The notes beneath the pieces were generated by a model that saw nothing but the letters and a program-made list of their open reading frames with translations, was not told where the DNA came from and made no database searches. The translations under genes were made by a program, and so were the position numbers. From positions 1 to 64,000 of the forward strand of contig NIVC01001402.1 in assembly GCA_002269645.1 (NCBI GenBank): 64,000 nucleotides of DNA, in the 5' to 3' direction. Shown here one piece after another: positions 13,570 to 32,800 of the stretch. Within the stretch, counting starts at the first letter, position 1, and each line of letters begins with the position of its first letter. The stretch is from Macrostomum lignano. Its lineage: Eukaryota.

Positions 13570-13995
13570 TGGATGCTTGCTATTTGGGGATGCTATCTAT
13601 GTAGGGGATGCTTGCTATCTGGCGGATGCTTGCTATCTGGGGGATGCTTGCTATCTGGGGGATGCTTGCTATCTGGGGGTTGCTTGTAATCTGGAAGATG
13701 CCTGCTATCTGGCGGATGCTTGCTATCTGGGGGATGCTTGCTATCTGGGGATGCTTGCTATCTGGGGGATGCTTGCTATCTGGGGGATGCTTGCTATCTG
13801 GGGGTTGCTTGTAATCTGGAAGATGCTTGCTATCTGGCGGATGCTTGCTATCTGGAAGATGCTTGCTATCTGGCGGATGCTTGCTATCTGGGGGATGCTT
13901 GCTATCTGGGGGATGCTTGCTATCTGGGGGATGCTTGCTATCTGGGGGTTGCTTGTAATCTGGAAGATGCTTGCTATCTGGGGGATGCTTGCTGT
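13570..13995. repeat. 18-bp tandem array (gcttgctatctggnggat) inside the Helitron
   Basis: Visible; source of ORFs 13562-14025. Confidence 0.95.
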
Positions 13996-14520
13996 CTTGG
14001 GATGATTTCTTTTTGCTTCCTTTGAGTATTTTGTCTGTTTTTTTTTGTGAAGGCCTTTTTTGGCTATCTTTTTGTTACTTGTAGAGAACAGAGGTTCTAT
14101 ACAGATGTCCCCCAACGGGGGGCGAAGATTGCTAGTCAAAACTAAAATTAACATTGTTGATAGATTTTATCTTTACCTAAATAACTTTTCTTGGCATGCA
14201 TGCTAAGTGCAGCCTTGTAATTGTAATACAGGATATAGCAAATGCATGCAATTAAATTGACCAGATTTTTCCAAAGTTAAGAAACATGCCAATTTAACAA
14301 AATGGATACTGCTTTTATTATAAATAGTACTAAATGTTTTGTAAAGTATTTATTATATTTGCTATAAGATTACTTTTTATTATTATTTGGCATTATAAAC
14401 TAGGGCAACAAAAAGTAATATAGGGTACCAAAATGCATGGAAACCCTGCCTGGCAGGGTCAATGACTAGAATAACAGATATTTTTATTGCATACATTGCA
14501 TATTATAGTTAGGTACTAAA

Positions 14521-16619
14521 TAGTGATGGACCAAATGTAGATTTTTGCAAGTTTTCTAAACCAAATCTAAATGCGCAAAAAATTGAATCCAAATCTGAAT
14601 ATCTGAATTTGTTTCCAAATGTAAGCAAAAAGTAAAAGGTAAACAGTGGGAGTAACTAGGCCTATGACATTGTTAAATATAATGCCTTATCATCTAATTA
14701 ATGATCTAATTAAGCAACTGCCAACTAGTCTGCTCTTTAAGTAAAATTCTATTGAAGTTGCAAGAATTAAACTTAGTAAATAGTAAATTATACATTTGAA
14801 TTGAACTTAATTCTTATATAAATATTCTAGCTAATTCTAATTACTATAGTAATACTAACTGACTAACAGTACATTTGTGCAATTTGAGAACTTTACCAAA
14901 GTCAATATATTAGCATTTTTGAAAAAACCAACTAATTATTACACTTAAACAATCATTGCCAAAAATGTTTCTGCAACTTTAGGATCAACTTTACTTGATA
15001 TAACTTTCTTTTAAATATATGGGCTGTGCTACTGCAAAATGAATAATATTATGTAAAATTTTATGTTTTAGTTTTTTAAAATACATTTTTATTTCAAAAG
15101 TTTTTTCATTTATGTTTGATTTTGTTTAAGTTTCTTAATTTTTTTATATTTAAAGCATATTTGAAAACATTTAGAAAATAAATTTTCCAAATCCAAAACA
15201 TGGCAATTGTCAAGTTCTATTATTTTGACTCCAGAAAAGTAATCTATAAACTATTTGAAGTACAAAAAACTACTTTTAAGAGACCTAAGCCTGATTAAGC
15301 ACTAATTCTATGCTTCTAAACTTGTTGTAATGGGACTGATACTGGAAAGCTGCAAATAGTCTATGGCCAAAATGTTTAAACATTTTGCAACTTGATTTGT
15401 GATATGGAAATAACCATGGGAGACTTTGCTGTGATGATAGCTACAACATGCAACCTAATTAACTGGCTAGCAACCTACCAACTTATTGCCAACCAGTATG
15501 CATGTAATAACTGCCCTGGTGTGCCTCTTTGACTGCAAAATTGTCAATGTGATTGGTTCATCAATGAGTATGCTTGGGCCTGTCCTGGTCGCCATGCCCA
15601 AGTCTCAATCTGGAAGGATTTTTTTTGAAGGGAGCCACCTAGAGCTGTGCCAACTTATTGACATAATCGACTAGGCCCTAGTGGTCAGTGGATACTAGGC
15701 AGCAAGAATGTGTATGCCAGTATGTATGCTAGCTATCAGTCAATGATTGACTGGTAGAACTTTATTCGTGACATTTGTGCCCCATTTATACTTACTGGAC
15801 CATCCAATATAGTTTGGTAGTGCTAGGCAAGAGGTGGAAATTGATGAGTCATATTTCTTCTATCACAAGTACCACCAAGGTACCTATTGGCATGGTTAGT
15901 GGGTACTAGGCATGATTAAGCGTAGAACACGCAAGTGCGTTCTAGTTGCTATGCCTAACCATACTGCTGCAACAATGTTACCAATTGTTCAACAGCATGT
16001 GCTCCCAGGGATGCGCATAATTACCAATGGCTAGCAAGCCTATGGCCAACTATAAAACCATGCAGTCATTAATCAACTGGCTTTTGTGCATCTGCAGGAC
16101 CCAACTATCCATACAAATCTGGTCAAAGGCACATGGGTGCATTGTAAGGCTAAGCTACATGCCATGCCTCACAAGTCCTATTTGAAATATATTTAAAGGA
16201 ATTGATGTGGCATTGTCTGCACCCAGTAAAGCCATTTGGGAATATCCTTTATTGGATTTCTCATTAATATAGTATAAAGCTTTTAATGTTTGTTAACAAT
16301 TTGACCATAGACAATAATAAGACTTGTTATTTGTTTCCATTGAGACTTATTGATTTTTTAACATTTTGGCCATAGACTATTTGTGGCTTTACAGTGTCAG
16401 ACCCATTACAAGTTTAAAAGCATAGAATTAGTACTTGATCAGGCTTAGGTCTCTTAACAGTAGTTTTTTGTACTTAAAATAGTTCATAGATTACTTTTCT
16501 GGAGTTAAAATAATTTTACAAATGGAACTTGACAATTGCCCAAAACATTTGTAGTTCTAAAAAACTGAGACATTTTTTTAGATTTGGATTCTCAATCTGA
16601 ATATTCAGATCTATCACTA
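14521..16619. mobile_element. Putative decayed DNA transposon/MITE with short inverted ends, host of the Merlin insertion
   Basis: Left end TAGTGATGGA, right end (reverse complement) TAGTGATAGA. Subterminal CCAAAT/CTGAAT/CTAAAT motifs look like eroded CCGAAT repeats. No TSD recognised. Confidence 0.45.
15202..16540 (+). mobile_element. Merlin (IS1595/ISXO2-like DDE) DNA transposon, inactivated
   Basis: ~180-bp TIRs starting GGCAATTGTC (15202-~15380 and ~16360-16540) and an 8-bp TSD CAAAACAT (15194-15201, 16541-16548). Internal translation EVEIDESYF..KYHQG..*WVLGMI.RRTRKC..MPNHTAATMLPIVQQHVLPG..IITNG*QAY...HTNLVKGTW..K.KL...YLKELMW, with stops at 15810, 15897, 16032 and 16053. Confidence 0.92.
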
Positions 16620-18528
16620 TATATATAGCAACACAGAGAGTAGCAGACAAAAAGAGATCTAGCTAGACTTTGTGCCGGCACATTTGCAAAACAACTAAAA
16701 ACAACTGAGAAGGGGAGGTCATGGCAGACTAGGGGCTGAGCCCAATGGCCTGTAAGTCAGTCAGAAACATATTATTTAGCATCACAGTTTGGCCTTGGCC
16801 ATAGTGCAGGTGCTCAGTAAGCTGATGCAGGAGAGCCAGCGCCAGAGGATTTTGCTCGCCGTGGCCGTGGCCCAGGGTTAGGATTGTGTACCGCTGTATG
16901 CCGGAACAAAAATTGCTTCTGTAGCTCATGCATGCCAATGTATGCCAACAAACTTTTTATTGCATAAAAATATGCCAAAATAAAAATTACAATTTACAAC
17001 TAATATCAAAAGCTTGCAAAATTTTAATATTCAAATATCCTATATGTTATAACTGAAAATCTTTTTACTAAACTGTAGAGAACTAGTTCATTTTAACTAT
17101 TTTTGTTTTACTTTTACTTTCTTGGAAAAGTTAAACCCCATTTTTATTTATTTAGTTTTCTGTTTTTTTTTGTAAAGGGCTGGCTATTCTTTCTGATCAA
17201 AATTTTGTTACTGTAACTATGTACATGGAAACTATACCAAATGCAAAATTAATCATTTTTGTATGCTAATTATGTAGATTGATTGTTGGGACTCAGAACT
17301 TTTGGTCCCACCTGCTGGTCTTGGCAATCTCTATACACCAAGTTGTACTCCAAGAGGGCATGCCAGGCGCCTTTGTATGCCAAGTTGTATGCCAATGTGT
17401 AATCTAGGTCCCTCTGTACACCCAAAAATTCTGGCGTACATATATACTATCCGGAGTCTGGGCTGTGGCTTCTTAGGCAGTGGCCAAGTAACATCTAACA
17501 GCATTTATGGATAAGCCTAGTGCAGCTAAGCGCAAGAACACCAGTGCAAGTCATCAGGTCCCTGGTTGGCACAGTATCAGGGTAGTGCATGCACAGGGCA
17601 TAGTAGAACAGTGACCTATAGTGGGCATCCAGGGCTTGCTGTTGCATCAGTTATTGGACATTAACACAGCCTCCATGCCGATGCCATCACTAGTGCTAAA
17701 GATAAGACTAATGCATTAAGTTGCTACAAAAAAATAGCTCATTTCTATAATTGCTTAGCCTAGCCATATATAGCCATAAGCAACAAAATTCAAGTTAAAG
17801 CTGCAAGGATGCAAATAATCTAATAAAACAAAATATAGGATATTGAACTAATTATATAGTGTTAAATAGCAAAACAGAATGCTAAACAATTGGAAACTTG
17901 TTGGGCTCCTAGCTTTAGTCAATCTTTATTTAGCTTAAATTAAACTAGCTAAATTATAGAAGACCAAATGTAGCCTAGGCTTAACTAAACAGTCTAAACT
18001 AGCTAGGCAAGTTTATTTACACTATTTGCATGTCGACGTCGTGCGTAGCATGTAGAGTCACGGAGGCTAAAATTCCCTAGATTTCGGCATTACAGATATT
18101 TTTGCCTAATCTTTAGGCTTACAGGATGGCGATTTGTCTGACTGAGCAAGCGACGTAAGCGTGCGATATGCATGCAATGCTGGTGGTGGTCAACCGTGGC
18201 TACAAAATCAGAATCGAAAATATTTTGTTTCTTAGAAAAGTAAAGTGAAACAAAGGTACAATTTATGGGCACTTAAGATTCGACATAGTCCAAACTTTAG
18301 GGAACTTATACCTACGAAATAATAATAAATTTTTATATTAAAATAATAAGATAATATCGACCAAACAACTATAGACGCGCAGGACACTTATAAAATCTAG
18401 AAATACTTTTAAATTCCATGACGATTACATTACATTGGTTCGTCTTTCATTGGTTTCTAGTTTTATTTATTTTCCATAATGCGTTAGATTTCCTATTAAT
18501 CTTTTTTATTTGATACAACAGTTAAAGG

Positions 18529-28013
<9,485 letters not shown>

Positions 28014-29813
28014 CCCGGCTGTGGTGACCCGGCTGTGGTGACCCGGCTGAGCTCCTGCCGCTGACCCGCCCGGAACTGGCAGCAAGCATCCTGTGGAAAC
28101 GGGGGTGCCAGAAAATGCAATCTCGGCCTGGCCGTGTAACTGTTTTGGATTCCGTCTGGATCGGAGATTTTCGAGGCTGACACGAGACCCAAAATTTCTA
28201 AATTTGTCACACAGGGCTGGCAGAGACGCAGAGGGATGAGGGTTTTAATTGGCTTATCTTGATAAACTCTGAATCGACCACATGCCAAACAGCTTGAATC
28301 CGGTAGTCCAGAGGTGGGGAGAAATGTCAATACAGGCATTTAAAGATTGCAGTTGAGCACCCCTTTGCTGCTCGCAAGTCCCAGGTTGCAGCAAAATTTC
28401 CGATCTAATTTTTTCTATGTACTTCAGCAGCGTTTCACCTTCAACTTAAAAATCCGTTGTATTTTCAGGTAAGCTACTGTAAGTAGAGTCAAGCAGATGT
28501 TGATCAAATCCGCTATATGCTTGTTATAGCTTCTTTATAAGCCTCGCTAATGGCGTCACACTGCAGTTTCCTAAGCGTCTCCTTTGTTTATTTGCTTTCC
28601 GAATATATTTGCACTTCGTCACTGCGCTGCTCACGCGGCTTTCGGTGCAGCAAGACCGAAGCAGATTCTCACTGACAGGCTGTCAGTCCTGAATATAATC
28701 AGTAAGTCTTGCAAAACTTGCAGCCACAACTTGCTGGTCAGTTTTTGGCTCTGCTTGCTTAATCTCCGCTTACTATAGCATACAATAGTTTGTCGCAGAT
28801 AAGCCATCGCACGTGACGAGTGGCGGCACAGCTGTTTGCACAGCCGCACAATCACTATTCGAGCTGTCAATCTGCCCACCTGAAACAAGTACCTGGCAGG
28901 TGTGGCATCGCACACCCACCGCTTATCAATGCCAGCTCGCCCGTTTAAATCTGCACCAGAGGGGAGCCCCGCCTGCAGTTGTGCGGCCCGGGTGACTGAC
29001 AGGTGCTGGCAGCTCGCATCGATCTGCCCTGACAGGCCAGATAAACCAGCCGGCCGGGCACAATTGCCTGCGGCGTCTTTGTGACACAAACCTGCGCGTA
29101 AATAAAACTCAAGACCAGGCGGACGGTTTGAGCAGGATTTATTGATGGCGGAGCGGAGCGGCTTGCTAGGCGAAGCTCATTCGGAGGCGCAGAATGAATA
29201 AATGAAGCGCGGGAACGCAAAACAAAAATTTAGCAAACAAGTGAAATTAAAAATCGAACTGTTTTGGATTAGTGCGGCCCTACAGAGCAATGATTGATTT
29301 GAAATGAGTATTGAAGCTGCGAGTGCCTGCAGTACGGTATTAGTGAGGCCTGCGCGGGCAGGAGTACAGAATCAGCACATCTGCATCGAGAAGCTGCGGA
29401 TTATCCAAATGAATTTACTAAAGTTTTTTAGCATTGTTTTGATAAAAGCTGCTGGATGCCAACCTCGGTCACAAGCCAGTGGAAGCAATTAACACTCTTC
29501 TGATGATGGAAATCAACTCCCTACCCTTGTGCTGTCGAATGAAGCTTCTTGAAACCCCGGGGACTCCCGCCTACACGGGGTTGAATGTGATTGCTTTGCT
29601 ATACAATGGCCAATCCCTGTTGTATGAGCCAGCAAACTCAGAGTTTCATTCTAGCTGCTATACATTGCACAGCTCTATGGCACAACTGTGAGCTGCGGGA
29701 GTGCAGAGAGCTGTCTGTGCAGGCACGCACAGTTACAAAGTACGTGCAACTCTTCAAGGCCATTCGTTAACTGGCAATTCAGTGCAGTCAGTGGCTGCAG
29801 CCCAAGCCCAGCC

Positions 29814-32800
29814 TTAGACCTCCTCCAGGTCGTCATCGGCGTCATAGTCCGCCTTCCGTAGCGGGGTGGTGACCGCCGCCTGCAGCTGCAGGTCCTCCGG
29901 CCGGGCGTCGGCCCGCTTGATGTACGTGCCACTGCTGCCGCGCTTTCGGCGCTTCCGCGCGATCTGCGCGCCCTCGGACTCGGCGCCCTCAGACTCGGCA
30001 CCGTCCGAACCGTTGCAGGGCCGCCAGCGCCAGCCATCCTTGATGTCGGCCACAACCTCCTTGACGCTGCGGTGGGCGCTCTCGGGCAGGTAGAACATCA
30101 GGAAGGTGGTCGCCACGGCAACGATGCAGGCAAACAGCATGAAGATGAACTCCTTCATGGCGGCCTGCGGGTGGGAGGCGGGGGGGTCGGATTTTCTCAG
30201 CAACTGCCTGAACTGCCACTGACTGCACTGAATTGCCACTGACTGCACTGAATTGCCACTGACTGCACTGAATTGCCACTGACTGCACTGAATTGCCACT
30301 GACTGCACTGAATTGCCACTGACTGCACTGAATTGCCAGCGTGAAGGCGATGAACAGCACTCACCTCCATGAACTTGAAGGTGAGCATGAGGACGAAGCA
30401 GCTGACGTAGTGCACAGTCTGGATGACGGCCATCGCCTGAGGCCGCGCCTGCTGCTCGAACGTCTCGCAGGTAATCATCGAGGTGAGCGGGCCTGCGAGA
30501 AAAGTTTACACGGTTCTACTCAGGTCTGTTCGATTCTACTCAAGTCTGTTTGCTTCTACTCAAGTCTGTTCGCTTCTACTCAAGTCTGTTCGCTTCTACT
30601 CAAGTCTGTTCGCTTCTACTCAGGTCTGTTCGATTCTACTCAAGTCTGTTCGCTTCTACTCAAGTCTGTTCGCTTCTACTCAGGTCTGTTCGATTCTACT
30701 CAAGTCTGTTCGCTTCTACTCAAGTCTGTTCGCTTCTACTCAAGTCTGTTCGCTTCTACTCAGGTCTGTTCGATTCTACTCAAGTCTGTTCGCTTCTACT
30801 CAAGTCTGTTCGATTCTACTCAAGTCTGTTCGCTTCTACTCAAGTCTGTTCGATTCAACTCAGGTCTGTTCGCTTCTACTCAAGTCTGTTCGATTCTACT
30901 CAAGTCTGTTCGATTATACTCAAGTCTGTTCGATTCTACTCAAGTCTGTTCGATTCTACTCAGGTCTGTTCGCTTCTACTCAAGTCTGTTCGCTTCTACT
31001 CAAGTCTGTTCGATTCTACTCAAGTCTGTTCGTTTCTACTCAAGTCTGTTCGTTTCTACTCAAGTCTGTTCGCTTCTACTTAAGTCTGTTCGATTCTACT
31101 CAAGTCTGTTCGATTCTACTCAAGTCTGTTCGCTTCTACTCAAGTCTGTTCGATTCTACTCAAGTCTGTTCGATTCTACTCAAGTCTGTTCGCTTCTACT
31201 CGAGTCTGTTCGATTCTACTCAAGTCTGTTCGATTCTACTCAAGTCTGTTCGATTCTACTCAAGTCTGTTCGATTCTACTCAAGTCTGTTCGATTCTACT
31301 CAAGTCTGTTCGCTTCTACTCGAGTCTGTTCGATTCTACTCAAGTCTGTTCGATTCTACTCAAGTCTGTTCGATTCTACTCGAGTCTGTTCGATTCTACT
31401 CAAGTCTGTTCGATTCTACTCAAGTCTGTTCGATTCTACTCGAGTCTGTTCGATTCTACTCGAGTCTGTTCGATTCTACTCAAGTCTGTTCGATTCTACT
31501 CAAGTCTGTTCGATTCTACTCAAGTCTGTAGAGCTCTTACTCAAGCCTTTACCATTTTACTAGTCTGTGCGGTTGTATTAAAGTTTCCGAAGTGCCAGGG
31601 AACCCATCCACCCAAACATCCAACCAGACTCACCAAAGCCCAGGCCAAAGCCGACAATGTAGGCCAGCATGATGCAGATGGTGAGGTAGTTCAGCCAGGC
31701 AAAGTTGGACTGCTGGTTGATACAGGCCGTCAGCACCAGCAGGCTGCCCACCAGGATCCAGTTCGGGATCAGCAGAAGCTTCCTGCGGCCGACTTTTTCG
31801 ATCAGCGCCAGGCTGATGAAAGTGACGACAACGTTGATGACGCCGGTGCCGATGATGGCGTACTGAATGGTTTCGGGGTCCACGCCGGCGTTGTAGAAGA
31901 CGGAGTGCGAGTACGCGAAGATGGCGTTGATGCCGCTCCACTGCTGGCTCACGTTCAGCAGGGCGCTCATCATGAGGCTGCGCCGCAGCTCCGGCCGCGT
32001 GAACAGGTCCCGGTACTGGAAGCTCTCGTACAGGTCGGGCCGGCTGCTCACCACTTTCTCCTCCTCGCGGATTTCGTTCAGCAGCTCCTTGGCGGCGTGC
32101 TTTGATCTGGTGAGGCGCAGCAGGGCGGCCTTGGCGGCGGCCTCGTCCTTGCGCACGGACAGCAGGTAGCGGGGGCTCTCGGGGCAGAGGGGCAGCAGGC
32201 AGCAGGACAGCAGGCAGGGCATCACCGAGAAGCCGCACAGGAATGGCCACGTGTTGACGCCGCCTGCAGTGGGTGATTGGGTTCCAGAGATGCACCCATG
32301 TGCTGTACACCCAGCCTTCCTTTGTACTCTCACATAGTTTAGCATGCAGTTCGGCTCGTTCAAATAAAAAGTAAATATTTTGCGCATAGCTTTCAAACTC
32401 GGTATAGAGTCTTCCTGACTCAAACAGCAGACAGAGCGCTCACCCAGCACGAACTCCAGGCTGAGCACCTGGCCCAGCAGGATGCCGATCACGATGCCGA
32501 TCTGGTGAAAGGAGAGGAAGGCGCCGCGGACCTGCTTGGGCGACACCTCCGCAATGTAGAGGGACACCAGGCCTTGCGAAATGCCTGCGAGATCAGTCAA
32601 TTTGGGTCGATGTGGTCTCGAAGCCGCTAAAGAGCCAAACTCGACTGAGAAATAGGGAGTGAAAGCTGAGGTTTCCCGGGAAGTTCCAATATTTCCCCTC
32701 TATGGAAGTTCAATGCCTGCTTCAGGAACGTGCTGGGCAAGGTGAGAATCGCCTGGTGAGAATCGCCTGGTGAGAATCGCCTGGTGAGAATCCCCTGGTG

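Larger units (their letters stand above)
10312..14135 (+). mobile_element. Non-autonomous Helitron carrying two internal satellite arrays
   Basis: Inserted between A (10311) and T (14136). The 5' end is TCCTATATACTAAAAATGAA...AAACGGCTTAACCGATTTTCTTCAAACTT. The 3' end has a CCCCC-AAC-GGGGG hairpin (14109-14121) followed by CTAG (14132-14135). Confidence 0.8.

Noticed and set aside
16873-16910. hAT-like terminus CAGGGTTAGGATTGTGTACCG
   Set aside because: No matching inverted end or TSD could be located
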